Made by a program: the position numbers and the translations under genes
The notes under the pieces: generated by a model
The model's database searches: none
Seen by the model: the letters and a program-made list of their open reading frames with translations, nothing else
Told to the model about the DNA's origin: nothing
Assembly (NCBI RefSeq): GCF_000281045.1
Contig: NW_008246158.1
Span: forward strand, 43,707-75,961
Reading direction: 5' to 3'
Length of the DNA: 32,255 nt
Source: Saprolegnia diclina VS20
Taxonomy: Eukaryota
Shown: piece by piece, positions 22,126-32,203 of the stretch
Position numbering within the stretch: the first letter of the stretch is position 1
Layout of the letters: each line of letters opens with the position of its first letter

Positions 22126-23102
22126 TCATGCGAGATGCAGCGCGTGCAAGATGGCGGCCAGCGTCGCCGAGTGCGGGTTGGCCTTGTACGCCTTGGTCGC
22201 TGCACGCACCTTGTCGAGCGCAAAGCTGTGGCCTTTGGCCATGACCGCTGCCACGATACGGGGCGAGGACAGGAACTAGTCGTCGTCGTCATCATCAAGC
22301 AGCATGGACTACGGCTACCTGGCAGACTTGGGTGACGTTCCGGCGCTGTCGGCCGTACGTGCATTTCTCGAAGTCGACAAAGACGACTCGAGCACCGACG
22401 ACGATGATGTGGCGCATTGGGTGGCTCATCTCGGCCTTGTTGATGCCGAGCCGGTCGAGGGCGTAGCACTAGGAAGGACGATGTGAGGTGCAAGGTACTG
22501 CAAGCGGCAATTCTGCAGCGCACTTGGTACAAGACGCTGCGGAGAAACCAGAGTGCGTCGCCACGCGACGTCGATGGGGCCTGGAGAAAGGCGACAGCGT
22601 CGACGCCGTCGGCGAGGAATTCGCACATAAAGTACCCGTCGCCGGCGCCAAGAAGGCGCGGCCCCATCGAGATGCGGTTAACGATGCGAAGCCACTTGGT
22701 CTCCTTCTCAATGACCTCGATCCCATGCCCGTCGAGCTTCTGCACCTTGACCAAGGCCGTCCGAAGCTTGTTGACGAAGAGCATGCCACGCTTGCCCGAC
22801 GCGTAGAACTCGAGCTCCATGGCGCGACCATCGGGCTCGCAATGCGTCGACGTCACGCGGGCCAGCGCGGCCACGCCCTTCGTCTCGGCCTGGACGAGCG
22901 CGTCGATCTTGGTCGGGTCGAGCTTCCAGGACGTGTAGCGCGCGAGGTGCTTGGAGGTCGTCGTCGTTGGCGCGGTGGGCGCATGGGCTACCGGGTCTGG
23001 CCGGCGCATGCCATAGGCCGTCTCCATCGCATGCAGAGCATCGTCTTCGAGGCAGCGCCGGAAGCTCGGGAGCATGAGCAGCAGCGAGCCGTCGTACTCC
23101 AT
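22126..23102 (-). CDS. Atypical protein-kinase-like protein (archaeal COG2112/RIO-Bud32-related type), 292 aa, 3 exons
   Basis: Exons 23102-22524, 22468-22319 and 22275-22126. Motifs FYASGKRGMLF (Gly-loop), LVKV, IEKETKWL, MGPRL, CEFL, CYALDRLGINKAEMSHPMRHII, VFVDFEKC and NVTQVCQFL. Confidence 0.75.
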
Positions 23103-23204
23103 CGTCTGGGGTTTCCAGCCGATTAAAATACAATGGTTCGATCCACGTAATAAAATAAATATTTAAATACTTTCGTGATGGTGTACTGTGGTTTTGTATG
23201 CATA

Positions 23205-23256
23205 ATTCGCGCGTTGGAATAAAAAGACACGTGTTTTGGACAAGCTGCGCGCCAAT
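23205..23256. promoter_or_regulatory. Two E2F-consensus (WTTSSCSS) sites in the divergent kinase/RFC3 promoter
   Basis: ATTCGCGC at 23205-23212 (+) and ATTGGCGC at 23249-23256 (-), within a 187-bp AT-rich spacer. Confidence 0.45.
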
Positions 23257-23289
23257 TTCGATTTTTCCTCGGACCCCACAAGTGGCTTG

Positions 23290-24476
23290 ATGCTGTGGGT
23301 CGACGCGCACCGCCCGACGAGCCTCGACCGCCTGGACTTCCATGCGCCGATCAGCGACCGCCTCAAGCGCCTAGCGGCCTCGGAAGAGCTGCCCCATCTG
23401 CTCATCTATGGGCCCTCGGGCGCGGGCAAGAAGACTCGCGTCATGGCGCTCCTCAAGGAGCTCTATGGCCCGAACGCGCTCAAGACGCGCCTCGAGCACA
23501 AGACGTTCAAGCACCCGACGCAGTCCAAGAAGGTCGAGATCACGACGGTCGCCTCCAACTACCACATTGAGATGAACCCATCCGACGTTGGCAACGACGA
23601 CCGGCTCGTGGTCCAAGAGGTCATCAAGGAAATCGCCATGTACCGCTTGGCCGACACGAACGCGCAAAAGCAGTTCAAGGTCGTCGTCCTCGTCGAAGTC
23701 GACCAGCTCTCCAAGGCCGCGCAGCACGCGCTGCGTCGTACGATGGAAAAGTACACGGGTTCGTGTCGCCTCATCCTCTGCTGCAACAGCCCGTCCAAGG
23801 TCATTGACCCGCTGCGCTCGCGTTGCCTTGGCATCCGCATCGGCGCGCCGACGCACGACGAGGTACTACTGCATCATCTTCCATCGTCTTATGGTGCAGT
23901 AGATTGTCAGCGTCCTGCAAAAGGTCTGCGTCAAGGAGAACCTCACGTTCTGCGCGCCCTTGGCCATGGAGATTGCGAAAAAATCCGAGCGCAACCTGCG
24001 CCGCGCGTTGCTCATGCTCGAGACCTGCCGCGTCCAAACGTACGAGAGGTGCCATACCGTCCCATGCTCATGCGTGTCTACTAGCTACCCGTTCATGCCC
24101 GACCAACCGATCCCGCTGCCCGAGTGGGAAGAGTACATTGCCGGTCTCGCCAAGGACGTGCTCCAGGAACAGAGCCCCGGGAGTCTCCTCAAGGCCCGCG
24201 ACAAACTCTACGAGCTCCTCTCCAACTGCATTCCGTCCGACATCATCCTCAAGGTCCTGCTTCGCGAGCTCACGTGTCGCCTCGACGACGACCTCAAGCA
24301 CGAGCTCGCCCACTACGCCGCCTACTACGTCCGTCCATCTCCACCTCCTCATCTCCTTACCCTCCATGTAGGAGCACCGCCTCCAGTGCGGCCAGAAGGC
24401 CATCTTCCACCTCGAAGCGTTCCTCGCCAAGTTCATGACCATCTACAAGAAATTCCTCCTCGACTTTTACATGTAA
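23290..24476 (+). CDS. RFC3: Replication factor C small subunit (human RFC3 / yeast Rfc5 orthologue), 4 exons
   Basis: MLWVDAHRP, PHLLIYGPSGAGKKT, ALRRTMEKY, PLRSRCL, RNLRRALLMLE, LYELLSNCIP, KAIFHLEAFLAKFM. Introns at about 23863-23901, 24040-24084 and 24329-24371. Confidence 0.95.
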
Positions 24477-24490
24477 TTAACTGACATCTC

Positions 24491-26533
24491 CTACTCCAGC
24501 GCCTTGGTCCTTCGCCGCTTGAGCGCGCGAAACGTGAGCTCGTTCTTGCGGTACGCCTTGAGCTCGAGTTGCTCCTTGCGCGCCGCTTCCTTTGCCAGCA
24601 CCAGGCGGGCTTCCTCGTCTTGCTGGCGGCGCTCCTGCTCCTTGCGGTCGTACGCCGCACGGTCGACCATGCGCCGCTTGAGCGCCAGCGACGGGCTCTT
24701 GGCCTCGGTCAAGGGCTTGGTCGATGGCGCGACGCCGACGACGTGCGTCGAGAGCATGATCGGCGTCGCCTTGACGCGCATCTGGTTGCGCAAGTCGTCT
24801 TCGGCCTTTTCGCGGAGGACCTGCATGTGCTCGAGATGGCGCTCGTGGAAGACGTCGCCGGGGCACTGGAACGGCGCGGCAACTGTCAGCGGCGTCTTGG
24901 ACTTGACGACAAGCGTGGTGCCCGTGACGATCGGCATTGGCTGCGCCTTGAAGACGCGCTTGGCGTCATCGTCCTCGAGCTGCTTCTGTTGACGCGCTTC
25001 GAAATCCGCCTTGTACTTGCGGTGGCGCTCGAGCGACTTGAGCGGCGGCGTCTTGGCTTGCACCGTCGATAGCGGCGACCGGCGCGTCTTCTTGAGCGTG
25101 CTTGGTTTATGCAAAGACGTTGGTACTGGCGACGCGTGAAACTGCTTGGCAAGCTCGATCGCGTCTTCGTCGACTTGTGGCACCGCCTTGCGGTACGTCG
25201 CTTGCATCGTCGCTCGCTCCATCGTCATGAGGTGGGGCGCGGCCGCGATCGTAATTGTCTTCTTGGCTACGTCGTGTGGCATTTTGGTGTGCAGTGGGCG
25301 CGCCACGAGCGCTTCCGCCGTGACCACGGGCGTCGACGGGTCCATGTTCTCCTTGTCGTCAAAGCGCGGCTTCTTGGCGCGGTGCTTGGTCTCTAGGAAG
25401 GGCGACGCGGGTACCGTGCGCTTGAACGTCCGGGCTGGCGACGCAGCGCGGGGCTTGCGGCACACGAGATCGGCGGCCGAGATCGGCCCGTTGTTGGTGG
25501 TTTCGGCCTCGGTGACGTCGCTGCGACGGGCGCGGGTCGCAGTCTGCAGGAACGGCGAGTGCGCCGACGTTCGGCGCAAGGGCTTGGAATGTGGGATGCC
25601 AGTTACGCGGTCGGGGCGCGCGACAAGCTCCTCGGCGGTCAAGAAGGCGGCCTTGCGGTCGCACTCGGGCGTGCACGGGTGGGTTGCGTCGTGACCAACG
25701 CAGCGCAACGCACCGCGCTTGGTGCTGAGCAGCTCGGGCGTGATCGGCAGCGTCAGCGGCTTGGTGGATCGCTCGACCATTTGGTGCGTCGACTGCTTCT
25801 GCGCGACAAGTCGGTACTTTTCATTGCGAAGCTTTTCCTTTTCGAGCTCGGCGCGGCGCGCTTTGATGGCTTGGAGCTCCAGCGACGTGTAGCTGAGCTT
25901 GGCGTTCGCCGGCTTGTACGGCGTCTTGACAAAGGCCGTCTTGGCGTCCTCGCCACGAAGGTACTTGGCGTCTGCGCTCGGCGTGTTCAGATCAAAGTGG
26001 CTCGGACCGTCAAACGAAATGTCCCCGCTGAACGCACCCTTGGCTTGCGGCGTCGTGTACACTGCGTCGACCGAGGCGTCTGAGGCCACCAGGTTGGTCT
26101 TGGCAGGTGTCATGAGAGCTTCCGGCGCCTCGGGCTCGGTCCCGACAGCGACATCATGGAGGATCTCCTCGTGGGCAGGCGCTTCAAGCTCAGAAGCGGC
26201 AGTCTCGTCGGTCGCCAGGGTGACAGCGCTCTCCTCTTCAACCACGACCGGGGCTTCGTTGACGGCCTCCTCGACGTTGTTGACGTTCATATATGGCGCT
26301 TCGTCGTCTTCGCGGGGCTCTTTCTCACGCATCGGCTCTTCCTCGGCGTCATGTGCTTCGCCTTGGCCGACGCCCTTGGGGTCTTTGCTGGTGGCGTCAT
26401 CCTCGACGGCTTCATCTTCAGGCGCAGACTCCATCACTAGAGCTTCGTCCATGTGCATGTCTTCCTCACGCGCTGCCTCCATGAGGCGCTCGGTCGGCGC
26501 GGGCGCGATGGCGGTCCGGTCGTCCGTCGTCAT
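24491..26533 (-). CDS. TPX2-like microtubule-associated/spindle protein, 680 aa, intronless
   Basis: Acidic N-terminus; repeated T-x-[PA]-x-[ST]-P-x-L-x-T-x-x-R units; FHASP/FKAQP/VKATP motifs; KEN box (DDKENMDP); C-terminal TPX2-like region PLTEAKSPSL...RAAYD...ELKAYRKNELTFRA. Confidence 0.72.
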   Translation of the reverse strand: MTTDDRTAIAPAPTERLMEAAREEDMHMDEALVMESAPEDEAVEDDATSKDPKGVGQGEAHDAEEEPMREKEPREDDEAPYMNVNNVEEAVNEAPVVVEEESAVTLATDETAASELEAPAHEEILHDVAVGTEPEAPEALMTPAKTNLVASDASVDAVYTTPQAKGAFSGDISFDGPSHFDLNTPSADAKYLRGEDAKTAFVKTPYKPANAKLSYTSLELQAIKARRAELEKEKLRNEKYRLVAQKQSTHQMVERSTKPLTLPITPELLSTKRGALRCVGHDATHPCTPECDRKAAFLTAEELVARPDRVTGIPHSKPLRRTSAHSPFLQTATRARRSDVTEAETTNNGPISAADLVCRKPRAASPARTFKRTVPASPFLETKHRAKKPRFDDKENMDPSTPVVTAEALVARPLHTKMPHDVAKKTITIAAAPHLMTMERATMQATYRKAVPQVDEDAIELAKQFHASPVPTSLHKPSTLKKTRRSPLSTVQAKTPPLKSLERHRKYKADFEARQQKQLEDDDAKRVFKAQPMPIVTGTTLVVKSKTPLTVAAPFQCPGDVFHERHLEHMQVLREKAEDDLRNQMRVKATPIMLSTHVVGVAPSTKPLTEAKSPSLALKRRMVDRAAYDRKEQERRQQDEEARLVLAKEAARKEQLELKAYRKNELTFRALKRRRTKALE

Positions 26534-26558
26534 CCAAAATCCACTTGTGCCCTAATTC

Positions 26559-26674
26559 TTTGAATTTGGGATTTGAAAATTCAAATCGAACCAATCCGCG
26601 GGCACTGTTTCCAAATACTCACTGTGGATTGGCCAAAATCCTTGGCATTTCCATCCCAGCCAATTTTGACCAAT
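26559..26674 (-). promoter_or_regulatory. Cluster of TTTGAA (CHR-like) and CCAAT boxes upstream of the TPX2-like gene
   Basis: TTTGAA at 26559-26564 and 26572-26577, TTCAAA at 26580-26585; CCAAT/ATTGG at 26591, 26628, 26660 and 26670. Confidence 0.5.
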
Positions 26675-27179
26675 CCCCATCTGGTGCACGCTATCTGCAA
26701 CGTTGCACTTAGCCAGTGTGCCAAGTGATCCAGCCAAGCCTGAGCCAAGCCGACGATGCTGGCGACAAGGATGATGGGACCCGCTTGATGGCATGTTGCT
26801 CTCTCTATGATCATGGATGCATGGTGTCGGCTCTGGACGTGGAAGTGATGAGGCCGTCGGCCATGGCGGCAGCGAGCAGGCGCATATGCCAGGGCCTTCC
26901 TGCACGACGAGACTACCGCTCACAAAGCAGATGGATGGCACGTGCGATAGCCATGCTGGTCATGAGCCACATGAGCTTGGCCTGATCGTTGCTGCTCTAC
27001 CTGCGAGATCGCTGTCCCTGCGGTCGGTCGAGGCTGCCACGCCACCGCAATCGCTGCTAGAGCGAGCCGCCACCGAAGCTGTACATACAGGATCCTGTAG
27101 CTGAGCCATATGCGACGACGAGCGACACCTGCATGGCGTGGCGAAGCCGAATCAACATGCAGTACTTCTGGATTCGTCG

Positions 27180-29699
27180 TTAATAGCTGCTCTTGACGAG
27201 GAGCGGGTAGACGCGGATCGTATGGAAGATGATAATGAGCGTCACGACGGCCATCGGGATGAACGTGTCGTTGAGGAGGTGGTCCATGCCATGGAGACCG
27301 GCGAGACTCACGGCGCCGTCGCCGAGCGCACGCCCGAGCGTCCCGGCCTCGGTCGCGAGGAGACCGGCGTTGAACGTCCCGCGCGCAAACGACTTGGGAA
27401 TCGTCTTGGAGAGAAGGCTCATGTTGACGCCTTCGAGCACGTTCGTGAAGACGTAGATCATGATCGCGCCAAAGATGTACTGGTACACCGTGTACGTCGC
27501 GGCCCAGACGATGATGCCAATGATACCGACGAGCATGAGGATCTCCGAGTACAAGATGAGCTCGCCGTCGAGGTACCGGTAGCTGAGCCAGCCGACGAGG
27601 AGGTTGGACGGGAACATGAGGAGGCCGAGGAACGCGAGGAAGATACCGGCCGAGGTGGAGCCCCAATGGAAGTACCAGTCGACGATGCCCGTCGCGGACG
27701 TGATGAGAATCTCGAGCACGAGCTTGAGGACGACGTAGATGCACAGCGTCGTGACCACCGGTACGTTCTTCCAGAGCGACCCGAGCGACGGGCCGGCGCT
27801 CAGTGACGCGCGCGTCGTCAGCGGCGTAAACTCCGAGGCCGAATTCGTGCGCCCCGACTCGAGGGCCACCATCGAGCGCGTGCGTTCGGCCATGATCTTG
27901 TCGCGCGCCGAGCGATCCGGCTCGATGAAGAGGAAGAGGACACCAAAGAAATAGATGGTCCAGACCGCTACACCAACACCGTAAGTCTCTGGATAGTCGC
28001 ATCAATGCAAGGACGTACCGCACATGAGCCAGCCGGGCGACGTTACGATGGTCACGAGCGCGCCAAAGATCTTCATGTCCGGGAGGTAGTCGAGGGCGGC
28101 GGCGGTGGCCGGGCCGGCCGACATGCCCAGCGCCGAGTATGTGACAAACAAAGCCGACCCGATCGTGCGTTCTTCGCGCGAGTAGTTGTCGGCAATGTAT
28201 CTAATGTAATCACGATAGTATCCAGGATATATCCAAAGATGCGTGGATACCGTCGATTGATGGAGCGGGCGCCACCGAGACCGTTGAGAACACGACCGAG
28301 AAGCACCATCGTAAAGCTGTTGTAGGTCAACGCGAGCGCGTAGAGAAGGTTGCCGACGATGAGGCAGCCGGTCGAGAAGAGCAAGGGCGACTTGAACGAC
28401 TTGTTGGCCCACCACGAGTAGACGACCGCTGACAACATCGACGAGACGGGCGTCATACCGACAACGATACCGCTGAGCGCGGCCGAGCCGCCGAGGAGCT
28501 CGGCGTAGTCGCCGGCCGTGGGCGCGACGATGTAGTAGTTGGTCATATACAGAAACGTGCTCATCATGTTGAGCCAGCGCGAGATTTCGGACGGCTTCTG
28601 CGCCTTGAAGGCCGAATACACGACCTCTTCTTCGTCCTCCGAGAGGTCCGAGTCGAAGATGAGCGACTGTGCGGCGATCGCCTTGGCGTACCGCGTCGAC
28701 TGGTGCAGCCTACGGACGATGAGACACACTGTGGTAGGCTGAGCGGGTTGTCATACCGCTGGCGGGCGACCGAGATCTTGTTGAGAATCGGTTCGGTCTC
28801 ACTGATCGAGCGCTCCATCTTGACGATGGTCGTCGACGACGACTTGTACGAGGGCGTCGGCGCGCCGAGCGGCGACGGAAGCAAGCCGAGTTCGGCCTGG
28901 AGCGACTGCAGGTCCTTGAGCGCAACACGGATCGTCGCAATGATGGCCGAGATACCTACAAGTAGATTCCATGTCAGCTCATGCAACCACAGCTTGAAGA
29001 GGAGGGCGTAGTACCTTCGTCGTGGTAGAGCTGCTGGAGGTGCGAGACGTTGGCGTCGACGCGTGTGCTAATGTAGTTGTCCGTGATCTTGTGCGCCTTG
29101 TTGTTCTTGTCGTGTTTCTTGAGGATCTTGCGGAGACCCGTCGCGTTGAGTTCGACGTAGTGCAGCAGATGCACGAGCTCCTCGCCAATCTTGCGGTACC
29201 CGTCGGCGAGGGTCGTGATGGTCTGCGCCTCGGACGCATACTGGAGCGACTGCTGCGCTTGGCGGTACGTCGCAAGCCGCTGTGCAAACTCGCCTTGCTT
29301 GGCCAGGAAGAAGAGCACGATCTTCTCGATTTCCGCGTCGAGCTTCTTCTCAAACTCTTGCTGGAGCTCCTTGCGCGTCTCGGCCTCGCCAAACTCGGCG
29401 ATCTTGGCCTGCGACTTGGGCGAGAAGAGCGGGTCGTTCGGGTCCTTGGAGCGGAGCGTGAGCTTCTTCAGGCTCTTCTTGAGCTGACGGTACTCGAGGT
29501 ATTGCCTACATGCTGCATGAGCTACCTATCCTTCGCCTCGGCCAGCAGCAGCGCATGCGATGGGCTCCATAGCGACGCTCTTCCCGCGCCACGGAAGGCG
29601 CCATCGTCATGCGTCGCTGCCATGGTCCATGCAGTAGACAACGTACCCTTCCCACTCGGGGTTGACGTTGAGCAGCAGCTTCTTCCCAAACTTGACCAT
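27180..29699 (-). CDS. SPX-MFS protein (SPX domain fused to an MFS transporter; plant PHT5/VPT1-like vacuolar phosphate transporter), 6 exons
   Basis: SPX motifs MVKFGKKL...EW|GQYLEYRQLKK and YVELNATGLRKILKKHDK. MFS motifs STFLYMTNYYIVAPTA, GLGGARSINRRYIAD, GWLM and GTFNAGLLATEAGTLGRA. Introns at 29506-29646, about 28957-29014, 28710-28756, 28201-28250 and 27970-28018. Confidence 0.93.
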
Positions 29700-31054
29700 C
29701 GCCGCTTGCTTCCCGTGGACAAGAATCGAAAATGAACCTCGGAGCATCGGGGGCGCATCCGGATAATGTCCGGATACGCAGCTTGGGTTTGTCCCGTATG
29801 TCCCACTCCACGGAAATAGCGTGCGACGCAGCCTCGCACCGCACTGTCCACGAGGGCAGGTGCGACGAGAGCCGTGCAGGTGCGTGGTGCTTGGTGTCGT
29901 CGCAGGCTACCGCTGCCTCGTCCTCTAAACAGTGGCGATGATCGCGTGAATTCGGCTCGACAGTGATAGCGACGGTTGTCCTGCAGTTGAAGAAACCGGT
30001 GGGAGCACCCTTGTCTCTGCAGCTTGCGTTCGACGTGTACTGTTACGCTCCTTGGGTGGCGCACGCAACGGCCATCGCACTGCATGTATATGACCTCGAT
30101 CGCTCGCTCGACGCCGTTCTATTGACCCGCGACGTGGACGAAGCGGCGCACACTAAATGTGGATGTGGATATGAGGTGGGATATACTGGGACAAACCGAC
30201 CCAAGTGGGTATACTGGGGCGCCATACAAACGTGGTCGACGCCCTCCCGCGACAAGCCAGGCGCGCGACCGGCTGGCGCGATGCCAAGTGCTTTCTCTAG
30301 CCAAATGGAATCTCACTGCATTACATAGCGGCCATTGCCGTGCGAACGTCACCCCTCGTTCGACTCGTCAGTCCTCCTGCAAAAGACCAGCTAATCGCCG
30401 GTTCCCACCGCCAATGACATCGCGTACACAGCTTATAGCTAAGGATGATTGGATGTAAATGGCAAGCAACTGATCGCAAAGTCGAGTGCTCGGAGCTGGC
30501 GCAAGGGCCAGGACGATGATGGGCTACTCTTCGCGCGGGTTCTTTGTAGAGTCCACGCTGTGTCGACACCGCGCGTTGGGGTCCGTGAGCTGGGTCCGTG
30601 GAGCCCGGGGACGCGGACGCTGGGCCACATGTAGCTGCACAACGGGTCTACACCTGGTTGATACGCGAGTTTGCACTTGTCCAAAGTGCAATATGGTCAA
30701 ATTCAACTAAATGGCTCGAAATATTCACGCTGCAAGGGACAAGAGAACGGTCCACGGCGAGCTCCTCAGGCGTAAGGACAAGCAAATATTCGATGTGGAC
30801 CCGTCGGTACTCCATCAACAAGCGAATCGACGTTGAGGAAAGGGTGGAGTGTCGTTGCGGCGGCACATCGCCACGCAGCTGCCTTCGTCGCCCGTGGCAC
30901 ATTCCTGTGGTCTACACGCACTAGCAGCGAGGATGGCTACTTGTGCCACGATCCCTGCGCAGTCTCTTCTTGTGACTGCACTCAGAACTTATTCGACAGA
31001 ACTCACTCTTCATGACAGATCTTACGGCAAAATTTTGGATGTGAAGGTTGCTTA

Positions 31055-32203
31055 CTACTGCGCCGCGGGGGCTGGAACGGTGAGCGCGATGCAAGCGACG
31101 TCGTTTGGCAGGCGGGGCGTTGTCGCCAGCGCGTGGATTTGCGATAAATCAATCGGGGCAAACGGTGCGACGTAGTGGGCGCGCCCGAGGAGCGGACGGA
31201 CCGACGCTGCCTCGTCGCGCTGCGTGAGCTGCGCGTACATGGCCGCGGCTCGCGTGGCCAACGGTGACGTGTGGGGCATGAGCGACATGGTGCGCTGCGT
31301 GCACCGGTGTACGAGCTCGCGTGGCGACGCGGCGGCAATTTCGTCTGCGAACAAAGTGTCTGCGATGCTCGCAGACAACAGCAGTGCGTTGTCGTGAGGC
31401 GCGAGCTGGAACACCTCGGTGCGTCCCATCAACGGACCGGCGTCGGGCGCGGCACGCACGCGCGCAGGGCTACGAAGCAAGTTGGCCTCCAATAAGTCCA
31501 ATCAGTTTCTAGTTGTCAAGTGCCGTACGTGTGGAAGCCATGGAGGACCGACGACGACTCAAAGACAATGGCGTGATCCCGGACGACGAGCACCTTGGCG
31601 CGGCCGAGCGTGTAGACGTAGAGCTTGTGCGTCTCGGGATGCGCGAACGCCACGCTCAGCGAGGCTTCCGCCGTCGCATCCTGCCCGCGGAACGCTGTTC
31701 GAGCTAGATCGACATTGAGAAAGAGGTACTCACGAACGCCTCATGCGCGCACCTGTCGTGATCGCGACGCCGACAACATTCGTGACAGTCGCCTCGTCGA
31801 TGACAAGGGCGCTTGAGGCAAGCGCACCGCAGGCACTTTCGAGCGCTTGAACGAGAACCCGGGCAAACCTGCGCTTCAACCATGAGCGTGCTTGTATCCA
31901 GTAGATAGAAGCCACGCACGCAAGGGAGCTGCGTGACACCCCCCGCGATAGAATGCCATACGTGGCACCGTGCGCGAGAACCACCGAGTGGTCTTGGGCG
32001 TTGTAGTGGCACGCGACGTCAAAGGCTCGGGCGCTTGGAAGATAGCAGGACCGTGCGCGCTGGACACGGGTGGTGTCTCGGGCTTCGTACAGCGCGCTCG
32101 TCGACTTGCCACGGCCTCGCTGCTGCATCGCTGCCGTGGTCTTGCGCCGCGAAGACGGCGCCGCCAAGCAAGGTACCATCGACAGGTCGTTCGCAAAGGT
32201 CAT
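31055..32203 (-). CDS. PTC7/PPTC7-like PP2C-fold protein, probably catalytically inactive
   Basis: Spliced model (introns 31869-31961, 31704-31752, 31470-31528) gives SVVLAHGAT...FARVLV...AEASLSVAFAHPETHKLYVYTLGRAKVLVVRDHAIVFESSSVLHGFHTPARV...EVFQLAPHDNALLLSASIADTLFADEI...TSPLATRA...RLPNDVACIALTV, collinear with the PTC7 motifs. The start codon is uncertain. Confidence 0.7.

Noticed and set aside
30179..30186. P1BS-like GGATATAC upstream of SPX-MFS
   Set aside because: A single match to a 6-base-specified pattern. Similar matches occur elsewhere (for example 13921, 19717, 26882), as expected by chance.
29750..31050. Several short ORFs upstream of SPX-MFS, and short local repeats (TCCGGAT twice, TATACTGGG twice)
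   Set aside because: No coherent coding signal or mobile-element hallmark; the repeats are too short to distinguish from chance.
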